Under the pieces are notes generated by a model, which worked only from the letters and a program-made list of their open reading frames with translations, ran no database searches and had not been told where the DNA came from. From Aneurinibacillus danicus (GTDB taxonomy: Bacteria > Bacillota > Bacilli > Aneurinibacillales > Aneurinibacillaceae), in contig NZ_BJXX01000047.1 of assembly GCF_007991215.1 (NCBI RefSeq), positions 1 to 32,000 of the forward strand: a DNA stretch of 32,000 bases, in the 5' to 3' direction. Below, one piece after another: positions 1 through 7,789 of this stretch (positions are counted from its first letter, which is position 1; each line of letters opens with the position of its first letter). The translations under genes were made by a program, and so were the position numbers.

Positions 1-44
1 TAGAAAAAGAACTTCAAGAATTAAAAGAAAAAATTAATTCCTAA
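1..44 (+). CDS. 3' end of an upstream CDS entering from the left edge (...EKELQELKEKINS*)
   Basis: The frame is open from the window edge to TAA at 42-44. Only about 13 codons are visible, so identity is unknown. Confidence 0.25.
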   Translation, partial: EKELQELKEKINS

Positions 45-139
45 TCTTTAGATAAAATTAATATAGTTAACTGAAAAGTCAGCAAGTCATTTTTTGCTGG
101 CTTTTCCAGCTACTATAAAAATGAAGGGGGGAATGAGGA

Positions 140-1018
140 ATGAATTTTAAACAGTTTTTATTTCCGTCCGATACGAAGAGAAAAGTCTGGTTAGATTTTC
201 TTGACTATGCCAACCGCCTTTTTGCAGCAGGCAGGGAAGACTTATGGAGTAATCCAGATACCTTTATCTCCATCTATAGCCAGGGGCAGGGACTGCTTCG
301 TTCAGATGTGCTGAGTCTTTCTATCCTTGACTTCTACGCGGACTTTATTCATCGTGAACCGGAGGTCAGGGAACCGTGGGTGGGCAGAAAACCGACATTT
401 GCCTTAAAAAAACTGCTGGCACTGGAAGAACCGAGAAGGGTTCTTTTGGATGTTTTATCAGGACTACAAACTCTTTATCGGGGAAATCCGCCTATCGTAC
501 TTGCGATCCCCTCTCCACAAAGATTGCTTTTATGGTTGGATTCAGTGGTGCAGCTTGATCAGGATCATCCGATAAGCGATGATGATATCGAGGCGGCAGC
601 TATATATTTGGCCGAGTATTTACGGTCTTTTTCTACTTCAGGACTATCGGCGATTGTCATCATGGAGAGTGATTCTCCACTTTTAGATCTAAATGAAGCT
701 CTGTCTCTCTACCAGCCCGTATTCAATATAGTAAAACACTATCAGTGGTCGGTGGGAATCCAGCAGGAGGGAATAGCTCATGGAATTACCGGGGACGGGG
801 ATGAGCTAGATTTTTATCTCTATGGAGATAGCGAAAGTAGCGACTTGCTTCCTCTTTGGAAGAAGGGACTTGCCATTGGAGGGGGATTAAATCGGAATTT
901 TTGGGAGGGGAATTCCGATTTCTCTGAACTCCCTTCTATAGGACTCGCTTACGGGATGATCCCCGGGAATGCGGAACCTGAAAAGGTACTTGCCCAATTG
1001 AAAAAGTTGCATTCGTAA
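140..1018 (+). CDS. hypothetical protein, 292 aa, function unknown
   Basis: Long ORF with ATG at 140 preceded by the GAAGGGGGG SD. The composition looks protein-like. I recognise no diagnostic motif. Confidence 0.7.
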   Translation: MNFKQFLFPSDTKRKVWLDFLDYANRLFAAGREDLWSNPDTFISIYSQGQGLLRSDVLSLSILDFYADFIHREPEVREPWVGRKPTFALKKLLALEEPRRVLLDVLSGLQTLYRGNPPIVLAIPSPQRLLLWLDSVVQLDQDHPISDDDIEAAAIYLAEYLRSFSTSGLSAIVIMESDSPLLDLNEALSLYQPVFNIVKHYQWSVGIQQEGIAHGITGDGDELDFYLYGDSESSDLLPLWKKGLAIGGGLNRNFWEGNSDFSELPSIGLAYGMIPGNAEPEKVLAQLKKLHS

Positions 1019-1052
1019 AAATTTTTGCGATTAATGGAAAGAGGTAAATGGA

Positions 1053-1312
1053 ATGGATGTAATTGGAAATGGAACCTTGCGAGACCTGCTTAACGAAAAG
1101 ACAGCCCTTCATCCTGATAAAACATTTCTTCTCTAAAGGAGAATGAACAGGTTTCGGAAGAGGGGATCATTTCCTTCTGCAAATACCGGCTGATCAGGTT
1201 CAAAGTTCATGAATATGTAGAATTTATAACCGAGCTGCCCCGAACATCCGTTGGGAAGATTCAAAAGCATGTACTCCGTATATGGCATGAGGAAGGAGTG
1301 AAAAACATATAA
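1053..1312 (+). pseudogene. acyl-CoA synthetase / AMP-dependent ligase remnant (N- and C-terminal ends fused by an internal deletion, with a frame change)
   Basis: 1053-1136 encodes MDVIGNGTLRDLLNEKTALHPDKTFLL*, a typical ligase N-terminus. A second frame (about 1121-1312) encodes ...LKENEQVSEEGIISFCKYRLIRFKVHEYVEFITELPRTSVGKIQKHVLR..., the conserved C-terminal A10 region (PRTxxGKIxK) of the adenylate-forming superfamily. About 450 residues of the normal enzyme are missing. Confidence 0.75.
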
Positions 1313-1328
1313 AACGAACAAAGCATAG

Positions 1329-1357
1329 TTGACAACTGAGTTTTAAAGGATTAATAT
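1329..1357 (+). promoter_or_regulatory. sigma-A type promoter for S-box 1 / cys transporter operon
   Basis: TTGACA (1329-1334), 17-nt spacer, TAATAT (1352-1357), about 28 nt upstream of riboswitch helix P1. Confidence 0.7.
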
Positions 1358-1384
1358 ACCTGTATGAAATAAAAAATATTTAGA

Positions 1385-1490
1385 CTCTTATCGAGAGAGG
1401 TGGAGGGACTGGCCCAATGAAACCTCGGCAACCATTGACACGTTCAACCGGTGCCAATTCCAGCGAAACATTGTTTCGAAAGATAAGAGG
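1385..1490 (+). promoter_or_regulatory. SAM-I (S-box) riboswitch aptamer 1
   Basis: Hallmark S-box sequence: CTCTTATCGAGAGAGGTGGAGGGACTGGCCCAATGAAACCTCGGCAACC...GGTGCCAATTCCAGC...AGATAAGAG. The P1 arms are CTCTTATC / GATAAGAG. Confidence 0.95.
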
Positions 1491-1517
1491 TGCGACGTTC
1501 CTATGCTGCATTTTTGT

Positions 1518-1548
1518 CGACCTCTTACTACCGAAGAGGTCGTTTTTA
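1518..1548 (+). terminator. riboswitch expression-platform terminator
   Basis: CGACCTCTT-actaccg-AAGAGGTCG followed by TTTTT. The competing antiterminator pairs AAGAGGTgCGAC (the P1 3' arm plus the next bases) with GTCGACCTCTT. This is classical OFF-switch logic. Confidence 0.85.
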
Positions 1549-1585
1549 TTTGTATGAAGATTACACACAGAAAGGGGAAAGAGAA

Positions 1586-2665
1586 ATGGTAACAGGTAAA
1601 GAAAATCAGAAGAAAAAGAAGAGAGGGGTACTGTGCGGCCTGGCTGTTAGTATGCTGGCTTTGGCACTCAGCGGATGCGGCAATGCTTCCAAGGAGGCGC
1701 AGACAACAACCGGCGCTGCTTCGCCCCCGAAAGAAACCGTGCAACTTTTGAACGTATCGTACGATCCAACGCGTGAATTATACCAAGAATATGACAAGGC
1801 GTTCGCACAGTATTGGAAGACGAAAACTGGGCAGACAGTAAACATTAAGCAATCGCATGGAGGTTCTGGAAAGCAGGCACGGGCTGTCATTGACGGCTTG
1901 GAAGCCGATGTGGTTACGCTGGCCCTCGCGTATGATATCGATGCGATTCAAAAGAAGGGTTTAATTCAAAAAGATTGGCAGAAACGATTGGCCTCCAACA
2001 GCTCACCGTATACTTCCACCATCGTCTTTCTTGTTCGAAAAGGCAACCCAAAAGGAATCAAAGATTGGGATGACTTGGCGAAACCGGGCATCTCTGTGAT
2101 TACGCCTAATCCAAAGACATCAGGGGGTGCAAGGTGGAATTACCTGGCGGCTTGGGGCTATGCATTGAAGAAGCAAGGAGGAGATGAAAACCAGGCAAAA
2201 GCGTTTGTTACACGCATTCTTAAAAATGTGCCGGTGCTGGATTCTGGAGCGCGGGGAGCGACAACGACTTTCGTTGAACGGGGCATTGGTGATGTGCTGA
2301 TTACATGGGAAAATGACGCGCTGCTTGCCGTTAATAAGCTGGGGAAAGGAAATTTCGAAATCGTCAACCCGTCGTTGAGTATTCTGGCTGAACCGCCTGT
2401 CGCCGTGGTGGATAAAGTCGTCGATAAACGCGGCACGCGCAAAGTGGCGGAAGAATATCTTTCGTATTTATATTCAGAAGAAGGCCAGGAAATCGCCGCG
2501 AAAAACTACTATCGCCCGCATTCTGCTTCCGTTGCAGCCAAGTATGAAAAGCAATTCCCGAAAATTGCGACATTTACTATCGATGAACTGTTTGGCGGAT
2601 GGGAGAAAGCACAGCAGACGCATTTTTCCGACGGAGGCATCTTTGACCAAATCTACAAACCGTAA
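1586..2665 (+). CDS. cysP: sulfate/thiosulfate ABC transporter substrate-binding lipoprotein
   Basis: The ATG at 1586 follows AAAGGGGAAAGAG. The ORF-track start at 1490 lies inside the riboswitch and is rejected. Signal peptide with lipobox LALSGC. Strong family resemblance to Sbp/CysP ([28 protein letters not shown]). Confidence 0.9.
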   Translation: MVTGKENQKKKKRGVLCGLAVSMLALALSGCGNASKEAQTTTGAASPPKETVQLLNVSYDPTRELYQEYDKAFAQYWKTKTGQTVNIKQSHGGSGKQARAVIDGLEADVVTLALAYDIDAIQKKGLIQKDWQKRLASNSSPYTSTIVFLVRKGNPKGIKDWDDLAKPGISVITPNPKTSGGARWNYLAAWGYALKKQGGDENQAKAFVTRILKNVPVLDSGARGATTTFVERGIGDVLITWENDALLAVNKLGKGNFEIVNPSLSILAEPPVAVVDKVVDKRGTRKVAEEYLSYLYSEEGQEIAAKNYYRPHSASVAAKYEKQFPKIATFTIDELFGGWEKAQQTHFSDGGIFDQIYKP

Positions 2666-2680
2666 CACAAGGAGAAAGAC

Positions 2681-3523
2681 ATGAAACGAGGATGGAAACA
2701 ATTCAGCGTCCTACCCGGCTTTTCCATATCATTAGGGTTTACCCTGCTTTATCTAAGCATACTGGTTCTTCTCCCGCTGTCCGCCGTCTTTTTAAAGACG
2801 GCGACGATGGGATGGGAGGCGTTCTGGTCGACAATAACGGATCAAAGGGTACTGGCGTCCTATCGTCTTAGTTTTGGGGCCGCTTTTGCTGCTGCACTGA
2901 TTAATGTTGTATTCGGCCTGCTTGTGGCCTGGGTGCTGGTTCGGTATTCTTTTCCGGGCAAACGAGTCATTGATGGACTGGTCGATTTGCCGTTCGCGCT
3001 GCCAACTGCTGTGGCAGGTATTGCGCTGACGGCCATCTATTCTGAGAATGGCGTCGTCGGCCATTATTTACAGACCATTGGCGTCAAGGTTGCCTTTACG
3101 CCGCTCGGAGTCATTGTTGCGCTTACCTTTATTGGGTTGCCTTTTGTGGTGCGAACGGTGCAGCCGGTATTGGAAGATGTAGATAGACATGTGGAGGAAG
3201 CGGCTGCCTCGCTCGGCGCAACGAGATGGCAGACGTTTCGCAGGGTTATTCTGCCGGAGTTGTACCCTGCACTGCTGACAGGGTTTGCGCTGGCATTAGC
3301 CCGGGCGCTTGGAGAATACGGATCGGTGGTGTTTATTTCCGGGAACATGCCGATGTACACGGAAATTACGCCGCTGCTGATTATGAGCAAGCTGGAGCAG
3401 TTCGATTACGCAGGGGCCACGGCGCTTGCCGTCGTTATGCTGCTTGCCTCGTTTGTGATGCTCCTGTTCATTAATATCATTCAATGGCGTACCGGTCATC
3501 GCCGTACTGCCAAAGGGGGGTAA
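2681..3523 (+). CDS. cysT: sulfate ABC transporter permease CysT
   Basis: Polytopic membrane protein with the EAA loop (EEAAASLGATRWQTFRRVILPEL). Its position follows the SBP gene. Confidence 0.9.
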   Translation: MKRGWKQFSVLPGFSISLGFTLLYLSILVLLPLSAVFLKTATMGWEAFWSTITDQRVLASYRLSFGAAFAAALINVVFGLLVAWVLVRYSFPGKRVIDGLVDLPFALPTAVAGIALTAIYSENGVVGHYLQTIGVKVAFTPLGVIVALTFIGLPFVVRTVQPVLEDVDRHVEEAAASLGATRWQTFRRVILPELYPALLTGFALALARALGEYGSVVFISGNMPMYTEITPLLIMSKLEQFDYAGATALAVVMLLASFVMLLFINIIQWRTGHRRTAKGG

Positions 3524-3526
3524 GAG

Positions 3527-4396
3527 ATGGCGAATCCGATTCTGGTATCATCGAGAAGGCAAACGGAAGTCGTCAACGTGGCATCAAAGAAAGAGGGAAT
3601 TGTACGTTGGGTACTCATCGGTATGGCTTTGCTCTTTCTTCTTCTTTTCCTGGTACTTCCGCTGGTTATCGTATTCTATGAAGCTTTGCAGGATGGGATA
3701 GAGATGTATCTTGCTTCGATTGCGGAACCGGATGCACAGGCTGCGATTGCCCTCACGTTACTTACGGCCGCGATTGCCGTGCCGTTAAATCTTGTATTTG
3801 GGGTCGCCGCTTCCTGGGCGATTGCCAAGTTTGAATTTCGGGGAAAAAATATTTTGTTGACCCTGATCGATTTGCCCTTTGCCGTTTCGCCGGTCATCTC
3901 CGGGTTGATGTTTGTGCTACTGTTCGGTATGGAGGGAATGTTTGCCCCTTGGCTTGAAGCCTATAACATGAAAATTGTTTTTGCCGTGCCGGGGATTGTG
4001 TTGGCCACCATATTTGTGACGTTTCCTTTTATCGCCCGCGAGCTTATTCCGCTGATGCAAGCCCAGGGAACGGAGGAAGAAGAAGCGGCGCGCATGCTTG
4101 GAGCGAACGGTTGGCAGATATTTTTTCGGGTGACGCTTCCTAATATCAAATGGGGCCTATTGTATGGCGTAATTCTATGCAATGCGAGGGCCATGGGCGA
4201 ATTCGGGGCCGTGTCGGTCGTATCGGGTCATATTCGGGGATTAACCAATACGATGCCGCTGCACGTAGAGATTTTGTACAACGAATACAATTTCGCCGCT
4301 GCTTTTTCTGTCGCATCGCTTCTGGCGCTTCTGGCCATCGTGACATTGGTGGTGAAAGGTGTGGTCGAGTGGAGAACGGCTCGCCGGGGACATTAA
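3527..4396 (+). CDS. cysW: sulfate ABC transporter permease CysW
   Basis: Second permease paralog with the EAA loop ([24 protein letters not shown]). There is a 3-nt gap from cysT. Confidence 0.9.
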   Translation: MANPILVSSRRQTEVVNVASKKEGIVRWVLIGMALLFLLLFLVLPLVIVFYEALQDGIEMYLASIAEPDAQAAIALTLLTAAIAVPLNLVFGVAASWAIAKFEFRGKNILLTLIDLPFAVSPVISGLMFVLLFGMEGMFAPWLEAYNMKIVFAVPGIVLATIFVTFPFIARELIPLMQAQGTEEEEAARMLGANGWQIFFRVTLPNIKWGLLYGVILCNARAMGEFGAVSVVSGHIRGLTNTMPLHVEILYNEYNFAAAFSVASLLALLAIVTLVVKGVVEWRTARRGH

Positions 4397-4408
4397 GGGG
4401 GGTAAAAA

Positions 4409-5548
4409 ATGAGCATTGAAATCAAAGCACTGAATAAGAAATACGGCAATTTTACAGCGTTACACGAAATTGATCTCGTCATTCCTGAAGGTGAACTTGT
4501 CGCGTTGCTCGGTCCGTCAGGTTCCGGAAAAACGACGCTGCTGCGGATCATTGGCGGGATGGAAATTCCGGATTCCGGCAATGTTTTATTCGGTGGAGAA
4601 GCAGAAGCACAAAGAAAAATAGCAGCACCTCGTATCGGGTTTGTATTTCAAAATTACGCTCTCTTCCGTCACATGACAGTCTTTGATAATGTGGCGTTTG
4701 GTCTAAAGGTTCGACCGCGCAGACTCCGCCCGTCCAAGAAGGAAATTCGCGTGAAAGTGGCTGAGCTTCTTAAGCTGGTGCAACTGGAAGGGCTGGAGAA
4801 TCGGTATCCGGACCAATTATCCGGCGGGCAGCGACAGCGTGTGGCGTTGGCCCGGGCACTGGCGATTGAGCCGCAAGTATTGCTGCTTGATGAGCCGTTT
4901 GGGGCGCTGGATGCGAAAGTGCGCCAGGAACTGCGGCGTTGGTTGCGGCAGCTACATCATGAATTGGACATTACTACAATTTTTGTGACACATGACCAGG
5001 AAGAAGCGTTGGAAGTGGCGGATCAAGTTGTGGTTATGAATCAGGGGAAGGTGGAGCAAGTCGGAACGCCGTGGGAAGTGTATCAGCAGCCTGCTAATCC
5101 GTTTGTGTATCAGTTTTTAGGTCAAGTGAATCAAGTGCGTGGTCGGATTCAAGATGGGAAAGCGAAGTTTGATTCCTTGGAATGGGATCTGTCCGGGTAT
5201 CATCATCCAGACGGCAAGGAATGTATCGCATTTGTTCGTCCACATGAAGTGGAGATTACCACCGAACCAGCGGCACAGAGATTACAGGCAAGAGTGACAC
5301 AGGTATACCCGGTAGGTGCGCGAGTCAGGTTGGAGGTAGAAATAAAAGGAAATTCTGTGCCGATTGAAGTCGATATTACGGAAGAGTACTGGCAGCAGAG
5401 TGGGCTGGCACAAAACCGATCGGTCTTCATTGCTTTCAAGAAGCCGCGAATTTTTATTGAAGGAAGCGGATTTGTTGACCTGGACATATCTGACGGCTCA
5501 TTTCTTTCTGAAAATCTAAGTACAAATAAACGCGTTCATATCTCTTAG
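4409..5548 (+). CDS. cysA: sulfate ABC transporter ATP-binding protein CysA
   Basis: Walker [10 protein letters not shown], signature [15 protein letters not shown], Walker [12 protein letters not shown], and a C-terminal regulatory (TOBE-like) extension. Confidence 0.9.
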   Translation: MSIEIKALNKKYGNFTALHEIDLVIPEGELVALLGPSGSGKTTLLRIIGGMEIPDSGNVLFGGEAEAQRKIAAPRIGFVFQNYALFRHMTVFDNVAFGLKVRPRRLRPSKKEIRVKVAELLKLVQLEGLENRYPDQLSGGQRQRVALARALAIEPQVLLLDEPFGALDAKVRQELRRWLRQLHHELDITTIFVTHDQEEALEVADQVVVMNQGKVEQVGTPWEVYQQPANPFVYQFLGQVNQVRGRIQDGKAKFDSLEWDLSGYHHPDGKECIAFVRPHEVEITTEPAAQRLQARVTQVYPVGARVRLEVEIKGNSVPIEVDITEEYWQQSGLAQNRSVFIAFKKPRIFIEGSGFVDLDISDGSFLSENLSTNKRVHIS

Positions 5549-5720
5549 GTATGGGAGCGATTCTACCTTATTTTTTGTGAAATTCTCTCTTTTCCTTCGT
5601 ACCACAAAAGTCAAGCCATCCTTCCCACGGTTTTTTATGTCGGGGTTGCGGCTGAGACGCCATGATGGTTTTCTGACAGTCAAAAACAAAGTGATCTCAT
5701 AAGGGGAAGGGGGTGTTTAT

Positions 5721-5924
5721 GTGTCCGCAGAAAAAGAAGAACGAAACCAAACGATCGATTATATTTTGGATGCGCTGCAAGGACTGCAATATGGATCGAT
5801 TCAAATCACCATCCATGATTCAAAAATTACACAAATCGATCGTTTGGAAAAGCAACGCTTCCCATTTCAGCGGTCGTCTTCTTCAACAACTGATGTATCG
5901 AGATTCTCGTCTAAAAGAAAGTAA
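5721..5924 (+). CDS. yezD: YezD family (DUF2292) small protein
   Basis: GTG start at 5721 after the AAGGGGGTG SD. The 67-aa product contains YILDALQGLQYGSIQITIHDSKITQIDRLEKQR, typical of YezD-like proteins that accompany sulfur-assimilation genes. No clear terminator separates it from cysA. Confidence 0.75.
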   Translation: MSAEKEERNQTIDYILDALQGLQYGSIQITIHDSKITQIDRLEKQRFPFQRSSSSTTDVSRFSSKRK

Positions 5925-5960
5925 CAAACGAAACCACACCGACAGCCGATCGGTCAACCG

Positions 5961-6011
5961 AAGGCTCCGGCTCTACTTGCCTGCCAGTACGCAAGGGAGC
6001 GGGAGCCTTTT
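5961..6011 (+). terminator. probable terminator after yezD
   Basis: Long hairpin AAGGCTCCGGCTC...GAGCGGGAGCCTT (12 of 13 bp) with an inner CTTGC/GCAAG stem, followed by TTTTG. Confidence 0.55.
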
Positions 6012-6060
6012 GTATGTACATTACACTTGACTTATCAACATTCTTATTGTGGTACGAAGG

Positions 6061-6092
6061 AAAACAGAGAGCAGGGCAATTTCTTGCCCTGC
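6061..6092 (-). terminator. probable terminator of the DUF2325 gene
   Basis: Perfect 9-bp stem GCAGGGCAA-tttc-TTGCCCTGC. On the minus strand it is followed by TCTCTGTTTT. Confidence 0.55.
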
Positions 6093-6149
6093 GCCTTGGT
6101 TTGCCCGGGAAGGGTGAGCGGCTTGTTCTGAAAGCGGATAGGTTTGTTT

Positions 6150-6446
6150 TCATGAGGTAACGAGTTTAGTGCCTTTCTTCAGTGCGCCTGTAGCCCCAAA
6201 ACCTTGATGATACGCAATGGGTTTGCCAAGCTTTTCTGCAACTTCACGTACTGTCCACATGCTTGGGTGGCTAAGCGCTCCGGCCATTACGACGACACAA
6301 TCCGCTTTTCGTAAAATAGGGAGAAATTCTTTCGCTTTTTTCTTACTGGTTTTTCCATCGTGAAAAATAACATGGTATCCTTCCTTTTGTGCTAACTTTT
6401 GCAGGGTGCGTTTTTGGCTTCCGCCGATAATTGCGATCGTCTTCAT
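6150..6446 (-). CDS. DUF2325 domain protein
   Basis: Preferred start is MKTIAIIGG (ATG at 6446) after the GGAAGGAG SD. The pattern IIGG...HDG...ADCVVVM...SH matches the DUF2325 family as I know it. Confidence 0.7.
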   Translation of the reverse strand: MKTIAIIGGSQKRTLQKLAQKEGYHVIFHDGKTSKKKAKEFLPILRKADCVVVMAGALSHPSMWTVREVAEKLGKPIAYHQGFGATGALKKGTKLVTS

Positions 6447-6714
6447 ACTATCTGCTCCTTCCTGTTTCATTGTCGCGATTACCGATGTTTTTTAAATCAT
6501 ATCATTTTTTTTTCGAATTTCAAATAAATATAATAAGAATACTTGGAATTATTTTTGATTTTGTGTATAGTTTATTTACAGAGAGAAGGTTTTCACCGGT
6601 TGATGAAGAAAGGGGGATAGAACAAACAAGGAAGTCAAAATTGCACAACAGGATACTGATGAAAAATCCGACTTTTAGGCTGCATTATATAGCATTTGAA
6701 CTGCATAAAAATGA

Positions 6715-6822
6715 TTCTTATCAAGAGAGGCGGAGGGACATGGCCCGATGAAGCCTCAGCGACCACAGGCAGATGCCTGCACGGTGCTACATCCAGCGGG
6801 TGGGAAACCTGAGAGATAAGAA
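6715..6822 (+). promoter_or_regulatory. SAM-I (S-box) riboswitch aptamer 2 (divergent copy)
   Basis: TTCTTATCAAGAGAGGCGGAGGGACATGGCCCGATGAAGCCTCAGCGACC...ACGGTGCTACATCCAGC...GAGAGATAAGAA. The P1 arms are TTCTTATC / GATAAGAA. There is one extra base in the GGGAC(A)TGGCCC element, and P3/P4 differ from copies 1 and 3. Confidence 0.85.
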
Positions 6823-6844
6823 GAGGCTTTTGATACATGGAAAA

Positions 6845-6867
6845 ACCTCTTCTCGAGGTCTTTTTTT
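6845..6867 (+). terminator. expression-platform terminator of S-box 2 (short stem; also usable on the minus strand)
   Basis: ACCTC-ttctc-GAGGT followed by C and T7. The antiterminator would pair AGAAGAGG (6819-6826, overlapping the P1 3' arm) with CCTCTTCT (6846-6853). A-run / T-run flanks make the hairpin bidirectional. Confidence 0.6.
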
Positions 6868-6909
6868 ATGTCGGCATGAACACGTGTATGAAAAGCGAAA
6901 AAGGTAGTG

Positions 6910-7089
6910 ATGAACAATATGGAAGAAATAAGAGAAAGGCTGCAGGAGAAACTGTTCCAGAAAGGGATCTATAAAGGGGAAGATGGGCGCCATTTTTATG
7001 AGTGCACGATCGAGGAAATTATATTGTTATGTCGGATTCACCTGGGAGAACGTGAGTTGTTTAATATGGAGGATGAATACAGGATATAA
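6910..7089 (+). CDS. small hypothetical protein (59 aa), the only ORF downstream of S-box 2
   Basis: ATG at 6910 with a weak AAAGG SD. The product is charged and helical-looking (MNNMEEIRERLQEKLFQKGIYKGEDGRHFYECTIEEIILLCRIHLGERELFNMEDEYRI). No family recognised. Confidence 0.45.
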   Translation: MNNMEEIRERLQEKLFQKGIYKGEDGRHFYECTIEEIILLCRIHLGERELFNMEDEYRI

Positions 7090-7149
7090 CAATTTAGCCC
7101 TAATGAATCCCTCTGTCGGTCTCGTTCGTAATGGATATATATTGAACCT

Positions 7150-7182
7150 CTCATGGCTAAAGCCACGAGATTCTTGGTTAGT
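7150..7182 (+). repeat. direct repeat copy 1 (hairpin unit CTCATGGC-taaa-GCCACGAG plus tail)
   Basis: CTCATGGCTAAAGCCACGAGATTCTTGGTTAGT. Matches 7469-7502 at about 26 of 34 positions. Both copies fold into an 8-bp hairpin with the same internal A-C mismatch and a tetraloop. Confidence 0.7.
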
Positions 7183-7468
7183 CCGTTCTACTGAACAGAA
7201 TTAGTACATGATGTACCACCAAGCTATCCCCGCAGTTCCTGCGGTTGTTACAAACCTTGTACGTTGGACTCGGCACGCTGACGTACTGCTTGGTTTTCGC
7301 TTTTCGGTCAGCGTGGCGTGTGAAGGTTGAATGTTTTACGTGACAGACCGATTTCCTGTCACAACCCCATACATTCAGTTTTCAATGAGCAATCTGTACA
7401 AATATATTATACCATCCAGTCGGACTTGCGAGAAGGCTAAAACCTTCCCTTGTCCGAAGCCGATTCAT

Positions 7469-7502
7469 CTCATGGCTGAAGTCACGAGTGTTCTCGGCTA
7501 AT
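7469..7502 (+). repeat. direct repeat copy 2 (hairpin unit CTCATGGC-tgaa-GTCACGAG plus tail)
   Basis: CTCATGGCTGAAGTCACGAGTGTTCTCGGCTAAT. The inner hairpin is enclosed by an outer AGCCGA...TCGGCT stem (7459-7464 / 7494-7499). Confidence 0.7.
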
Positions 7503-7538
7503 TCATAAAAATGAGTAGATTAATGGAATAAAACCAAG

Positions 7539-7567
7539 TTGACAAATGTTAATTATCGACTTAAAAT
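7539..7567 (+). promoter_or_regulatory. sigma-A type promoter for S-box 3 operon
   Basis: TTGACA (7539-7544), 17-nt spacer, TAAAAT (7562-7567). Confidence 0.75.
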
Positions 7568-7595
7568 AAAAATGTCGTAATTATATAAAAATATA

Positions 7596-7699
7596 TTCTC
7601 TTATCGAGAGAGGCGGAGGGACTGGCCCGATGAAACCTCGGCAACCGATATAAAGTCGGTGCCAATTCCAGCAGACACACAGTTCTGAAAGATAAGAGG
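7596..7699 (+). promoter_or_regulatory. SAM-I (S-box) riboswitch aptamer 3
   Basis: TTCTCTTATCGAGAGAGGCGGAGGGACTGGCCCGATGAAACCTCGGCAACC...GGTGCCAATTCCAGC...AAAGATAAGAGG. The 5' 49-nt core differs from copy 1 at only 2 positions. Confidence 0.95.
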
Positions 7700-7726
7700 T
7701 TGGATTCTGGTAAAATGCAATCATAT

Positions 7727-7761
7727 AACCAACCTTTTATCTTTTAGAAGGTTGGTTTTTT
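7727..7761 (+). terminator. expression-platform terminator of S-box 3
   Basis: AACCAACCTT-ttatcttttag-AAGGTTGGTT followed by TTTT. The antiterminator pairs AAGAGGTTGG with CCAACCTTTT. Confidence 0.85.
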
Positions 7762-7789
7762 ATTGGCAATTTTACACAAGGAGGAGAAA

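Larger units (their letters stand above)
7090..7530. other. ORF-free, hairpin-dense region (candidate structured RNA or decayed miniature mobile element)
   Basis: No ORF of 60 aa or more is fully contained on either strand; the only track ORF touching it (6983..7204) runs in from the left in another frame, overlapping the small ORF. At least seven stem-loops are present, including CCGCAG-ttc-CTGCGG (7229-7243), CACGCTGAC...GTCAGCGTG (7273-7315), GTGACAG...CTGTCAC (7340-7362), and CGGAC..GAAGG-ctaaaa-CCTTC..GTCCG (7420-7456). The base composition is coding-like rather than AT-rich. Confidence 0.5.

Noticed and set aside
1490-1585. N-terminal extension of the cysP ORF in the track (start at 1490).
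   Set aside because: It overlaps the riboswitch 3' end and its terminator. The ATG at 1586 has a proper SD and yields a normal lipoprotein signal peptide.
5713-6030. A 105-aa ORF overlapping yezD in another frame.
   Set aside because: - The yezD frame matches a known family and has a strong SD.
- The alternative frame runs through the terminator hairpin.
6431-6838. Track ORFs 6431-6751 (+) and 6635-6838 (-) spanning the S-box 2 region.
   Set aside because: They cover AT-rich promoter DNA and the riboswitch itself, and they have no SD. The conserved RNA motif explains the sequence.
6807-6867. S-box 2 initially looked like an ON switch, because a long helix (6807-6860) uses the P1 3' arm as part of a terminator.
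   Set aside because: A conventional reading works. AGAAGAGG (6819-6826) paired with CCTCTTCT (6846-6853) is the antiterminator. The short ACCTC/GAGGT hairpin plus T7 is the terminator. That gives normal OFF logic.
7176-7187. GGTTAGTCCGTT resembles the Cas9 tracrRNA nexus (GGCTAGTCCGTT), hinting at a tracrRNA or omega-RNA-like scaffold.
   Set aside because: - The match is only 11 of 12 nt, found post hoc.
- No cas9, iscB, tnpB or CRISPR array is in the window.
- The surrounding sequence does not reproduce the repeat/anti-repeat or downstream hairpin layout.
- It is kept only as something an Infernal scan would settle.
7100-7500. Minus-strand TTGGTGGTAC (7211-7220) looked like a T-box antiterminator motif, and CTGATGA at 6656-6662 looked like a hammerhead core.
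   Set aside because: - No specifier loop, AGAGA/GA motif, terminator or downstream gene on the minus strand supports a T-box.
- No stem II / GAAA arrangement supports a hammerhead.
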